A stretch of DNA of 64,000 bases from contig JBNJNM010000009.1 in NCBI GenBank assembly GCA_052426225.1, forward strand, positions 1,332,323-1,396,322, given 5' to 3'. Source of the DNA: Zancudomyces culisetae HAW-14-8 (Eukaryota; Fungi; Kickxellomycota). Below the pieces are notes generated by a model. That model saw nothing but the letters and a program-made list of their open reading frames with translations. It had not been told where the DNA came from and made no database searches. Positions 1 through 13,294 of this stretch are shown here, in pieces. The number at the start of each line of letters is the position of its first letter. Position 1 is the first letter of the stretch. A program made the position numbers and the translations under genes.

Positions 1-778
1 CAGGTTAAAGTTTCACTCAAAAGTACCTCATTGCTTAGAATCAACTCTTCCCACATCTATTCACAAAAAATGAAAGCAGTATGCGCTATGTTGGGATCAA
101 GCTATTTAGATATTTAACAATAGCACTTTATGGTGCAATGTTGTAAGCTATGCATCATGAAAGCTAAGTTGATCAAATTTCTTTGCTCTAGTGGAATGCT
201 AATATGTCATGAATATATTGACCCATTAGGTTAGGCTGTAAAAGCAAAAAAAAATTTTATGTTACACGTAAAATGTAAATCATTTTGTCATATAATTTAA
301 AATCATTTTATATCACTCCATTTGCAATTACTAAAAATATTTATCTTCCAAAATTAGATAATTCATTTACGGGATAGGTCATAAATGATTGCAATATTGT
401 ACCACCTCATTTAAAACGCGTAATGAAGTAAATTTCGTTTAAAATATTATGATTGAAATTACCTATCGACTAAAATATATATCAAAAAAATTTTACAAAT
501 CGGCTCATGTCCCTGTAGTTCCGAGAAACGAATTAAAATATACATTTTGAATTCACAAGTTAGTGATTTCAAAAGTTGGGAAAGTAGAGGTGAAATGGTA
601 GTAACCATTTTATTGTTTATTTTAGTGATATCCAACATGTTGGTCTGTTAGTGATCAAAAAAAGAATATAAATACTTTAGCAAAACCTCGTCTACCGAAA
701 CTCAAAGATTTTTGATAGAGAATCTGCTTTGCTAAAAATATAATTTATAATCTTTAACAACTAGATATCACTATCGCT

Positions 779-2218
779 ATGAGTGACAAGGAGAAGCAGG
801 AATTAACAACCATCAATCAGGATGAGGTTCTCACTCCCAGAGAACAAACAGTCGTCAAGCAATACCTCAAAAAGGTAGACATCAGAATCCTTCCCATATT
901 CTCATTGGTATACCTACTCGCTGTCATGGACCGTGCTAACATTGGATCTGCTATTAACCTGGGTCTTGGTGACACCGTCAAATTCACCAAACAACAAGCT
1001 CCATGGAACGTATCTATTTTTTTCGTATTCTACATCATCTGTGAAACACCAGCAAATATCCTTTTGAAGAAACTCAAGCCACATATCTGGTTCACAATCA
1101 TTGTCTGCGGTTGGTCAATTACATGTATCTTGATGACTTGGGCTAGAACCCCAGCAACTCTATTGACAGCCAGAGGCTTCTTGGGTGCCTTCGAATCCGG
1201 TCTTACACCAGGAGTGGTTGGATACATGCCATACTGGTACACTCGATCTGAAATTGGTTTACGTATGTCCATCTTCTTTGCTGCAGGTACACTTTCAGGT
1301 GTGTTTGGAGGACCGATCGCTGTGGGCCTCTCTAGTCTTACCATTGGAAACATTCCTTCGTATGCAATCATCTTCCTTATTGAAGGTATAGTATCCCTTT
1401 TAGTCGGTATCTCACTTTACTTCCTTGTGTACGATTACCCAGACACAGTCAAGTTCTTTACCCCTGAAGAAAAGGAACTCATTGTCCGCAGAATCACCAA
1501 TGATCAAGGTCTCGCCTCAAAGACAAGCATGTCAATGAAACAAACTATCAACGCACTATTAGACTGGAAAATGTGGCTATATGCCGTTATGTTCTTTGCT
1601 GTCAACTTTGCCGGTGTAACTCTTGGTGTATTTGGACCTGTACTTGTATCATCTTTGGGATTCAGCAGTATTAGAGGAACTTTGATGTCATCACTTCCTA
1701 ACGCTGCCGGATTTATTGGACAACTTCTGACAGGATACACAATGGCTAGATTCCCATTGTGGTTGAACTCTATTGTCTTTGCAGCTATTGGATGTTTCGG
1801 TATCTGTATGGTCGCATTCACACACTTCTCACCAGTGCCAAAACTTATTATGTTGTGTATTGGTGGATTCGGAGTGTTCCCAAATATTCCAATCATTGCC
1901 ACATGGATGTCTATTAACATGGGAGGTATTTCGAAGCGTATGGTTGCATCTGCAATGACAGTATCATTTGGTGGTATTGCAGGTATCACCGCACCACTTG
2001 CCTTCAACAAGGAGCTATATGCACCTAAGTTCACATTGGGTTTGGCTCTTAACACAGCATGTTTGGCACTCATTTGCGTTCTCGCTTTGTTCTTCAAGTT
2101 CTACTATGATATGGAGAACAGAAGAAGAGATAACAACCCAGTAGATGTATCACACCTGTCAGAGTTTGAACAACGTGAACTCAATGACAAGCACCCAGAT
2201 TTCAGATACAAACTCTAG
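779..2218 (+). CDS. MFS transporter, anion:cation symporter (Dal5/Tna1-like) family, copy 1
   Basis: Intronless 479-aa ORF with about 12 hydrophobic segments and family motifs KVDIRILP, DRANIG, RGFLGAFESG, WYTRSE, EN.RRD and C-terminal PDFRYKL. TATAAATA at about 668. Confidence 0.93.
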   Translation: MSDKEKQELTTINQDEVLTPREQTVVKQYLKKVDIRILPIFSLVYLLAVMDRANIGSAINLGLGDTVKFTKQQAPWNVSIFFVFYIICETPANILLKKLKPHIWFTIIVCGWSITCILMTWARTPATLLTARGFLGAFESGLTPGVVGYMPYWYTRSEIGLRMSIFFAAGTLSGVFGGPIAVGLSSLTIGNIPSYAIIFLIEGIVSLLVGISLYFLVYDYPDTVKFFTPEEKELIVRRITNDQGLASKTSMSMKQTINALLDWKMWLYAVMFFAVNFAGVTLGVFGPVLVSSLGFSSIRGTLMSSLPNAAGFIGQLLTGYTMARFPLWLNSIVFAAIGCFGICMVAFTHFSPVPKLIMLCIGGFGVFPNIPIIATWMSINMGGISKRMVASAMTVSFGGIAGITAPLAFNKELYAPKFTLGLALNTACLALICVLALFFKFYYDMENRRRDNNPVDVSHLSEFEQRELNDKHPDFRYKL

Positions 2219-2519
2219 TTTTATTTTTGCTATATCATTTTTGTAGTGCAAATATGAGCTACTCTTATATATTCTGATTGTTATTATTGGTAATTAATAT
2301 GGATAAAATATTCTATCAACATTTTTGAATAAAATATTTATATTTACAGCTATAGGCTGAAAAAAATACAAATGATTCGTAGAAATATGTCGAATTATTC
2401 GCGGTTGCAGCAAAGTTGGATAACGCCGACCCCCTTCCCCCACTCGCACATAAGATTATGTATTTTTTGATTATAACCTGCTGTTTTGTATATTCCAAAT
2501 ATTTGATCTTGAGTTAAAC

Positions 2520-3111
2520 CTACAACTTATATACACTGAACATAAGCTAGGATTTATGGAGGTGGGGAAGATAAGAACAGGTAGGTTCTAGACAGCAGAG
2601 AGGCTGGCAAAATTGGGAACAATAGATGAAAAGTTCAAGACTAGATGCCCATTTTGTAAAAAAAAAAACAGCGCTGAAACTATTGAACACATGTTACTGG
2701 ACTGTAAATACTGGGCTGGAGTTAGGTATAAAACTCTGGAACGTATCCCAGATATGTCAATTATAGGAAGTCAGGAGAGAGGTAGTAGTGAAGGATGGCG
2801 GAATTTTTTTGTAGGGCGACTCCTTGGAGGGGAGTCAAAAAGAATGGTTACTCTCTCCGTTAAGAAGAGAGAAACCGAAGCACCGTCTTTGGTTGAGCTG
2901 GTAACGGCACAATTTTTGGACGGAATATGTCGAACGAGGATGCAAATCTTAGACCGACTTAGATCAGAAACAACCTCCTTGAACCAACGCCCGGTGGGTA
3001 TGGAGTCCCTAGAGGGACGGAGGGGAATTGGTTAGGTAGATATTTTGTAGGATTATTTTTTGTAGTTTTATGGGATATTTATTTAATAAATTCATCTAAC
3101 AAAAAAAAAAA
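2520..3111 (+). mobile_element. 5'-truncated non-LTR retrotransposon (LINE) 3' end, copy 1
   Basis: The frame encodes a C-terminal CCHC zinc knuckle (CPFC-x6-ETIEHMLLDC) with an upstream in-frame stop. It is followed by a short 3' UTR with AATAAA and an A11 tail at about 3101-3111. The 5' edge is approximate. Confidence 0.75.
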
Positions 3112-3169
3112 CTTGTAGTTTATCGTAAATAAATTATTGAGAAGAATGCCATTTTATTAACTAATACAG

Positions 3170-3440
3170 TATGATATAATAAATACAACAAAATACAGTA
3201 TAATACAATAAATACACTATAATACAATAAATACAATACAATATAACATAATACATTTAACCAACTCCAGTACACTAAATTAATTTTATTCGTTTTTACA
3301 ATTTAGGAATCGTGTTGATATTTCAATTATACAGTGGTGTAGTACACCATTTTTAACTTTTTCCCATCACTTATAAGCTAAACCCAAAAAAACATCAAAA
3401 TCAACTAAATCAACTAAATCAACTAAATCAACTAAATCAA
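3170..3440 (+). repeat. Simple repeats: degenerate (AATAC)n and (AAATCAACT)n
   Basis: Visible tandem units at about 3170-3255 and 3398-3440. Confidence 0.7.
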
Positions 3441-6400
3441 AACCAGAATATAGATACTTGACCTTTTATATGATAAATTAGCACCAACACTCAACTGCCA
3501 TTTTGTGACAACCCCTGTGTTTTTTACAGGGTATTCAGCTTGTCTATTTATAATGTATTCAACAATACCATCAGTTAACTCGCATATGTGACCATTATCT
3601 GTGGTCTACAATATCTACTTTTCATCACAATATATATAGAGTTTATCGTTTGAGATCCGCAGTGGTACTTGATTTCCGCCTTTACCAAACTTCAAGATAA
3701 GCGTATAGGTGTGATTAATACTTATTGCATCAGCGCTAAAGTACATTCCCTCAATATTATCGTAATTGCAAGTGTTAAGGATTTGAGTTGACCACCAGCT
3801 TTATACTTTATAATAAACTGTAAATCCAAAAGTTTAGTATATAAGTTATTCTAGTTTGTTGTACTTGCACTATTTGAATATTTAAAGACTTGAATGTTAT
3901 TTTACTTTTTTTAACTACAGTTTCTAATAACCTGTATACAATAAACTCCTAAAAAAATGACAAAGTTCTTCGAAATCGTAGGTTGACTAAGCTATTCAAA
4001 CAAATCAATAAATTACAATTAGCTACAACAAACATAGCGTGTGTTTTTTTAAAAAAGAGCTGAAAAGTCAATTTTGCTGTTGGTAACCTTGGTATTAGAT
4101 ATTTTGACAAAATCATATTCCAAGTTGAATTTTCTGTTTTATTTCGCGCCTTTATGCGGCGAATGATGCTGTGTGAGTGCTGAGTTAGTAGACAAACATC
4201 ATTTCTTGTAGAAAGCTATCTAGTACAGGTTTTACTAAAGGTATTAATTATTCGGCGCAAACAGAAACGCTTCCTAAACCCAATAAATGTAACAAATCCA
4301 TTAATTTTGCCTTGAAATTTTTCATTTCACGGACATAAACATTCAAACTGAATATGAAACACCCTAACTAGCAGATATATTTCAGTTAATCTATGATAAG
4401 TATAATATAAGCCTATTCGCAGAACATCATCCAAAGCTTTCTTTTAGGTTGCTGACTAGAAACACTCTGCGGAACCAGCACTTCCTATTTTTTACCAGGG
4501 AGTATCACAATCTACTGTTTTTGTTGCTACTACATTTTCATTTGTGTGCGGTTTATAATATGTACACATTAAATTATGTAATGCCATCTGTAGTAAAATC
4601 TAAACATTTTTCATTTAAATACACTGTGATGAAGTAAACGCAATAAATTGCTTACATAATCGCCGATACGTGAAAAATGCTTTTTCTTAAGGGTTAAGTT
4701 ACTTTTATAGCCAAAATGGAGGTTAATATGAAAGAACATAATGTTTTTTTAAATGGCCGCTCGTTTTCAGTAATATAATAGAATTACATCATTCATTCTT
4801 AACGCAGTTATTTATCACAACTTTGAATACGGATTTTGTAAATAAACATCAGAAGTTAGGCACAAGGTCGTCAGTTTCCGGCGAATTTAAAAAAACATTG
4901 GACTTTGTAATTTATGGCTTGGTTGGATTGTCAAAATTATTAATGACTGTACAAAGTTGAAAAATACGCTAGATTCATGGCCCCACGCCCATTGCGTGTT
5001 CAAAAAAGCACAAATAGTAAAAATTAAGTACAAATTGAAGTGTGAGTCGTACCCACATACTATGGTGATGAATACCAAAATGTGTACCACGTTCATTATT
5101 TATCAAGATTTAAAAACATTTTAATTAAACGTTAAAGATCTTTGTTTCATATTATGGTCGCGTAGCTCAAAATAAATTAAAAACATCAACTACACATCTA
5201 GTGGATTTTCTAAGTACAGTGTTATTGGTGTTCATAAACTCAATCATGCTATAGTATTTTCAAACTGTTTCATCAGTACTATTGCTAATAATACATCAAT
5301 ATTTACCGAAAACTCGTATATTTTTTCCTTATCATAATTAATCTATTCCAGAGCATTATACAATTGTCATTGTTAAAACTACAATCATAAGCATATGGTA
5401 TAAAGGTCGAGTTATTTGAACTATTTAGTATAATTTAATCGTAATCAACGACAATTAGAATAATATCGTATTAGCAGCTATATCATAAATGATTTTAAAT
5501 TAAACTGCAACTTTTGACTCAACGAGAGTTTATAAATCTGATCAACATAATCTACTTTGAATCACCCACCCGCATTTAAGTTCACTTTACTCTTCTCACC
5601 GTTCTCACTCAACTTGTGTGTTTATCAATTATGAAACCATCACTAATTATATATAGTATAGATGACTAAAATCGTGTACAACAATAGCAATAAAATCTTC
5701 ATTTATTTTGATTAAAAAAAGTTTTTTGTTAGAATCATAAGGTAAAAGTGACGTAAACTTTGATTGATAAAGCGGAGAATAAAAACAAGAGCGAGCCACA
5801 ATATTTATTTTTAGTGAGAATTTGCAAGCAATCTAATTAGTTAGAGATGTATGACATCGATTTAGAGATCAATATTTTCTCGGTTTTATTTTAGCGTAGA
5901 TTTGTAAGTGCCTAATCAGTTGCAACGTTATATTAGCGACTATACTGAATATCTTTACACAGTGTAAAATACTTCCACTCAAAATGAACATTACTTTAAA
6001 ATATTTTTTTTATTCATTTTCTTTTACCTTTTCTTGTATTTTTCATATTTTATCATTACCTATATTTTACAAATCGCACCTATACTCAATATTTCGATAT
6101 TTTAACGATCTACAACGTAAAATTCTAATATTTTGATTAAATTGATACTGAAAAAAATAAAAAGTGCAACCAAACCATTACGTCAATAGTACATACCAAG
6201 TTGTGAGTAGACTAAAAGTTAGTGGTATTAGCAAAAATATATATATACAAAGTCACTGATGTCTAGTTTCATTTTAGAAACAAAAGTTCATTATGGTAAT
6301 ACAATGGGAACAATGTTATAAGTATATGTCTAAATTTTTTTGTAGCATTAATTTTGTGGCCGTTGACGTTATGTTAAGCTGGTCTTTTTTTCCCTTGTAT

Positions 6401-9400
6401 TTTTAGTTTACTTTTTTTTTGGTTAGTTCAACAATTTGTATTGTTGAAATAAGTTGGGGGCTACAACAAACCTAAATCTGTCTAAATTATAAACTGTATA
6501 CGTATCAAAGCGACAAGACATTTAGTGTTTAAAATTATCTTGAATTAGTATGGTCATATAGATAAATAGTGTATCTATTGTAGATCAATCCTTCAAGAAA
6601 TTGGGGTTTTGCCCGCAAATTACTGGGAAAACCAGAAAATTATTATTGAATCTAAATATGAGAATTGTGGTTCCCGTAGAGGTTTTGAACCAGTGGTAAA
6701 AAGTTGAAATGCAAGAAGTGTGGATATTGGAAGCACACGTACTTGAGGACATTTTTGGCTATATCAATATCAAATTACAACTTACACAATAGGCTCAACA
6801 AATGACCAAATTCCATGATGAGTTGAGTTGAGTTGAATGCATTGCACAGCAACACTATACAGAGTTATAATGGAACCAGATACATTTATGATAATAGTAT
6901 TATAGAAAAGAGAGTGTGGTTAATCATTGGGACGCTCTGTGTAATTGGGCATATGACATATGATATATGGGGCTCTCGATTAAATGGTAAAAATGATACA
7001 TGCTTTTACCTAGTATGTCTATTGAGGAAGCACATGTGTGCTCAAAAAGTCATAATTGAAGTGAAAGCGTTCCTTGAAGACTGGGTTAGAAATTGATTAA
7101 ATGAGGTGCAAGAAGATCAAATAAGAAAAATTCACAAAAAATGAACAAGCTTAATAGACTGCTTATTGAGCTGTCTAATGTGAACTTTAGCAAGCTCAAA
7201 ATCAATATATATGTGCTTGATGATTTCATAAAGTGCGTGAGCAATGAATAAAGTAACAAGTGAATAAAAACAACAATACCACGAAAAAAAGTATCCCTAT
7301 TAGTATATATTCTTTAAAGCAGCAGAATACTATATAGATATCATTTAGAACTTCTGACACGTTTCATATCTGTCTAAAGTTCTAATTCTTATTTATCTTT
7401 TTCTATTTATTTTTTCTGCTACCTTTACTATTAACTTTCAATCTCATGTTGGTAGTCAATAGATTACAGCGAAATTGAATTAAACAAAAAAAAAAGAAAA
7501 TGGGAGAAAGGGCAAAACGAGGAAGAAAAATCTAGTAAATTGTATTAGGCTTTCAAACGTCTTCAATAAAAGAAATTAGCACTGCAAACAAAAACTTAAC
7601 AAGTTAATCAGAGATTTTGCGATATAGTGACATGTAGTATCTGATGAAGTGGTTATATAAAGTATCTCACTAATAGATAGTGACCCCGCTAGTATATTGA
7701 TAATAGTAAATTTTTGCTCAATAAATCAATTGTACTCATATGATTTCCAGAAACTACTTGGTTAGTTATTTGATTCAGGTGTTTCGTAAACTAGTGGTTT
7801 TCATGAGTTTAATAGGTTTAATAATTTTAATGGGTAGTCAATGTGACGATAAGTAGCCCATGTATTCACATAGCATCCTTCTGAAAAAACATTTAAGCTC
7901 AGTTATTCTACCCACAAAGGAGAAAAAAACCAGTTACTATCTTTTATCAATATCTGTGCAACTCTATGGCCACTCTGTTTACATACTGGATTATTAACTT
8001 TTACTGGTTTGTTGCTAGAACCTACAACTATCATGGATTTATAAAGATACAATTTCCAACTTAATCGCTTTGCAGCCCAATTTATAACATTATGCTCGAG
8101 ATGTTGATTCTATTTTTGATTAATAATTTAACTAATTGGGTGTTTTCCTGTCCAACTGAAAGAAGCCAAAAACAGTTTTCTTGTTTTCTCTCAGCGATAC
8201 ACATTTTTGTACCAGGTAATTTCATTTTCTCGGATTATTAATTCCATATCCTTCTTTTATACAAATATTGTACCCATATTCCAACCATTTTATTATTTTC
8301 TAGCCCCGACAAAACAATTGTTTTAGAATCTCAATATTTCTGATTTAGTTGCATTTTTTATAAATAAACTGTTAGTGTTTAATGATTTTACATCTGTTTT
8401 TGAAATTAAATGATTAATATTCCCTATGCACCCACTCATATATTATTTATAAAATATTATATATCTGTTTATGTGTTGTTAGGTTAACCACTACAAGTAA
8501 ATCCATAATCTCAAGTATTCCATTTTTTGCTATTTTTTTCCACCATGTACTCAAAGTTACGTTACTCAATTCAAAAATATTAGCAGTATCACATTCCAGT
8601 GTATTTTTAAGCATAGACTCATAAATATTAACAACATTATGAGTTTACCACAGATATTTTGTATGGATAATACGCTTATTGTATGGAAAATCATACCTTA
8701 TAAAGTTTATCTTTACTATATGAGTATCACAAATAAAACTGGTTCCAATATCTGATACTTTTTCTATTTTTACATGATCCATACAAAATCTATATTATTT
8801 TCAATACTCGGTATTTAGTTTTAACCACTATGCCAGAGCATTATAAAGTTTTATTAACTTATTAACTTATATTTCCACTTTAAATTTTGCCAACTCGAAG
8901 TATCCTTTTAGAACAGCTATTCTTGTGGTCATTTCTAAATATACAATCAAGTTGATACTGGGTATCAATATATCTAGGAACTGAGATCACCAATTAGAAT
9001 AGCCGAATGGTTTATTGTATGCTTGTATAGTTTTATATCTTCTCGGTAGTAAATTTATATTTAAATTGCATGTCTGTCGAGAGATAACCGTGTTGATACC
9101 TTTCAACTATTCTGCTGCCTCATAAATTTGCAGCTACAGCCTATATGTTGAGCACTGCTTTTTTTATTATTCATAATATCCAAGGCGTCAAATCCATCTT
9201 CAGTATCCCATATTCACCAATAAACGTGGTATTCGCACATATATTATCACCGATCGGATCAGTGTTTATGTATATTTCTCAAGCTATTCTCTATTTCCAA
9301 CTCTAGAATCCTATTTTATTACCCTTTTAGATCCACTTCAGTACTAGTAACCTGATACTTTATTCAATTGCTAGAATGTATATTTCTCATAAATCCATAC

Positions 9401-9773
9401 AAATCAGAGTAAAAAGCCGATTCTATGTTGATTCAAACATAATTCTCAATATGAAATAATTGATATTGCATTTTTGGGTATTAGGTGCATTACATATCAC
9501 TGCCAACTGAATAAACTCTGATATTGAACGGAAGAATAAATATTTTAGTCAACTCATTGGCAGGAATCATGTTTATTTTTATATTTGACATTTTTTTTGG
9601 TACTCTTTTTTAATTCGGGTTGGATTCATTTAGCTAGTGATAAAAGTACGCAAGTATTAAACTCATAAACTTTATCTAACTTTATGTTTATATATTCTAT
9701 TTGAAAATTGTTTGGTTGTAAACTGAGATCTATTTTATTTCTCAGTAAAAATTTTATAAACTGATTGAATGAG

Positions 9774-11843
9774 TGTTGATAACTTGAAACTCAGTACCAA
9801 AACTGAATTAATACATATAATTAATGTACTATTATTAGATACCAATATTATACACATAATATTGATATTAACTAATCAACACACAGTTAATTTATAAAAG
9901 TTATTATTAATTATACTAGTTTAAAACACACAGTAATAATATAATATTATTTAATAATATCTTTATATTGTTAAACGAGATTGACAAACTTAATTGTTCA
10001 TGAAAGGGATTAGTATCTCCTTATACAATTAAGTTTGTACTAAAACTTTAATATAAACTAAAACTATTAATATAACTAATATAAATAAACAAATAAACTA
10101 ATATCATTAATATACACAATATTAATGATGATACATTATATATTGATCATGTGTATCAATATTAATGTTTTTAACTAATTATTAAATAATAATTAAATAA
10201 TATAAACTAATAATCAATTAACATTATATTTTAATATACAATATTGTTATGATACATGTGTATTCATAACACTCCCCCCCTCTTAAGGTTACTTACAGAT
10301 GTTTTTTATTCAGATTCGCGTTCGTTTTGGATCTTGCTGAGCCAAAATTCTTGTATTTTTTCATGAGCGTTAACATCCTGTTCACGCTCCCAACTTCGCT
10401 CTTAAGGTCCATATCCTTCGTAATCAATGTAATAATATGTGGTACCATCAATTTCTTTTGTATCCAAAATTTTATTTACCACATATTCTATTTCATTATT
10501 GATGATAACTGGTGATGGTGGTCTGATGTCTGGTCGTATCACTAATTCTGATGTGTGATATTTTTCTAGTTATGATACATGAAATACTGGATGTATCTAC
10601 ATGTTTGGTGGTAATTGTAGCTTAAATGTGACGTCGTTTATTATTCCTATAACCATGTATGGACCTATCTTTTTGTTGTCCAACTTATTTGTAGGCCTTG
10701 TAGTTTGTATATTTTTTCTTATTAACCATACTTTATCACCTATTTTAAACTTTGGATGTCGTTTTCGGTTTCTGTCAGCAAACTTTTTACCAGTTTTAAT
10801 TGCATTTCGTAACACTTTTTTGATGTCGTCGTGATGTTTTTCTAGTTCTATAACACGGTTTTCAGCACTTGGAATTAACTCAATAGTTGGTATTTGCGGA
10901 GTAAATGAAGTATCTAAAACCATATAATGCTTTAAATGGTGACATCTTTATTGCACTGTGATATGCATTATTGTATGAATATTCAGCTAACGGAAGTAGT
11001 TTGCACCAGTTATCTTGCATGTAGTCACTGTAACACCTCAAATATTGCTCCAATGTTTGATTAGTACGCTCAGTTTGACCATTAGTTTCAGGGTGATAAG
11101 CACTTGAAAGTTTTATTTTTACGTTTAATAGTTCGTAAAAACGCTTCCAAAACTTGCTTATAAACTGAGATCCTCTATCAGAAATGATTTCATCAGGTGT
11201 ACCATGTAGTTTAAACACGTTTTTAATGTATGCAGTAACAGTTTCGGGTGAAGTCGGCAACTTTTTAAATGGTATGAAATGTGCCATTTTAGTATATCTA
11301 TCAACAATAGCCATTATTGTTGTATACCCATTTGACTTTGGTAAATCTGTAATGAAGTCCATAGTTATAGATTTCCATGGTCCAGGTGCTATAGGTAACG
11401 GTTGAAGCAATCCATACTGTTTATGTCTGTTAGATTTATTTTTTTGACATACATCACATGTATTAATGTATTCTTTTACATATTTCATTTTTTGTTTTAT
11501 AAAATAGTTTCGATCCAAATTTTTTATTGTTTTATGTATCCCAAATTGTCCAGCTGCACCTGAAAAATGAACTTCTTGAAGTAATTGCATCCTTAGTACA
11601 TCAGGTACATATATTTTTTCATTTATATATATTAAACCATTACGTTTTATAATAATATCAGATTCTTTTAGTAGATGATTTAAATCATTAATATCAATAC
11701 ATTCTGCTCAATATATGAATTAATGTTGTTTAAAAGTTCACTTTGTGGTATTATGATTACATTAATAAAGTGTTTTCCCTCAATAATATTGTGATTTATC
11801 ACTTTTGAATCATCACTATTACTATATCTTGAAAGTGCATCAG
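9774..11843 (-). mobile_element. Degenerate Ty3/gypsy chromovirus D: integrase/chromodomain half, PPT and probable 3' LTR
   Basis: Frameshifted integrase ORFs 10880-11590 and 10597-10923, chromodomain remnant near 10350-10500, PPT at 10272-10285, LTR ending TAACA at 10271 (left edge about 9774, uncertain). Cut at the ADALS motif at 11843. Confidence 0.85.
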
Positions 11844-12034
11844 TGTCATGAATATGACATGAAAAGATTTTGAATTAGTATTGTTACAATACTGATTCAA
11901 AACACTTATTTTAATTGAAACATTTTGTTGTTTTAATCATTTACTTAAGTAATGATACTAACACAAAACCAAAATTATAATTATAACATTAATCTTACAA
12001 TAGTTAATTATAATATTAGTACATGTTTTTATTA
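11844..12034 (+). mobile_element. Partial family-C LTR inserted in element D and truncated by the DIRS element
   Basis: Starts TGTCATG and is the reverse complement of the first ~190 bp of the LTR at 54977-55288. Confidence 0.88.
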
Positions 12035-12398
12035 TTATGCTTCACTTATCCAGATACAATTATGTGTGTACCAATCTTTATTATAAATCGTAAATTCTTT
12101 CCTAGATACTATTTTTATCGATTAATCCATTACCTTAAAATTTGGTAAAAAATTAAATCGATAAAAAGAGTGTTTAAATTTAAAAACTTTATACGTAATG
12201 ATGTGTGTAATGACAGACATCACTGTATAATTTTTATAAAATAAGTAAAACTAACTAAATAAAATAAATTTAAACCATATATAAACTGATGTCCCCTGTT
12301 TCCTGATGAATCTTTACCATCTTTTCTTTCGCTAGGTACTCAACCAGCTTATAAAAAATACATAGTATTTATAAAAGTCATTAGTTAAATTTTCAATA

Positions 12399-13280
12399 AT
12401 GAGTCAAAATGCAAACGTTACAGTTGAAGTTTTGCAACAGATTTTGGAGAGATTATCAGCTCTTGAAAAACAAACCGCACCAAATGATCACATGTCAGTA
12501 TCAGAAATCAGTGATTCAGCAAACATCACTGCTCCATCAATCGTTGATGCAGTCGACGATGATTCAGTTGAAAACTTCGTGGTTCCCAGACCAACACCAT
12601 CAGACCTGGTCATGTATCCAAAACTGCAAAAGGCGCTACCAACAGTTGAACAGGATTTCTTTTGGACACCACTGGCAGATGTTGAACGCAAGAAGTTTTA
12701 CGCAGCCATCCCAAGAAACTCTGGCATGGATTATGAACCACCAGAGGAAAACATCAAGTTATCAGGTGACGATAAACGTACTGATGCGATGTTATATGAC
12801 ATCCAGTACCGTTTATCAGCCGTTACAAGACCTTTGGATTACTTCATGCACGAAGCAATCCGTGACGGAGGTGCAGTCAGTGCCGAAAAACTTGCAGTTT
12901 TTATCAACTCAATCAGAGTTTTACTTGCGGATGTTGCATCCAATATCACGCAACAAAGAATCAAACTGTCGTACAAAGCCTCAGGAGTACCATCAGATCC
13001 TCCAGAAATGGTTTCAACATCAAGGAAGCCTCTCGTGGACATACAGCAGATGTTCGAAGTTAAAGCAGCTGCAAATACATTGCAGCGTGCAACAAAAAAT
13101 GTGCAGCAGAGAAGACCAAGATTCAACGCAACCAGGACCTTCCCAAGCATTCCGTTTCAGCCATCAGTTAACCAGAATGTTCAAGCAGAGCCGCAGCAGA
13201 TCCAACAACAACGACAACACAAATCCGCTGCTACTGGCGGTAATTTTCGGTTTGCAAACAGCAGCAAACACCGAAAGTAG
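12399..13280 (+). CDS. DIRS1 ORF1 (gag-like)
   Basis: 293-aa ORF just inside the left ITR and upstream of RT; motif LYDIQYRLSAVTRPLD. Confidence 0.8.
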   Translation: MSQNANVTVEVLQQILERLSALEKQTAPNDHMSVSEISDSANITAPSIVDAVDDDSVENFVVPRPTPSDLVMYPKLQKALPTVEQDFFWTPLADVERKKFYAAIPRNSGMDYEPPEENIKLSGDDKRTDAMLYDIQYRLSAVTRPLDYFMHEAIRDGGAVSAEKLAVFINSIRVLLADVASNITQQRIKLSYKASGVPSDPPEMVSTSRKPLVDIQQMFEVKAAANTLQRATKNVQQRRPRFNATRTFPSIPFQPSVNQNVQAEPQQIQQQRQHKSAATGGNFRFANSSKHRK

Positions 13281-13294
13281 GAGGGAGACTGAGG

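Noticed and set aside
1030-2097. Antisense and alternate-frame ORFs over the MFS genes, gag/pol and trypsin
   Set aside because: Shadow ORFs of real coding sequence, with no independent motifs.
3430-9500. Coding-like decayed patches (about 3430-3830 minus, 6480-7250 plus, 7600-9500 minus)
   Set aside because: Partial manual translation gave many stops and no recognisable family; needs a translated search.
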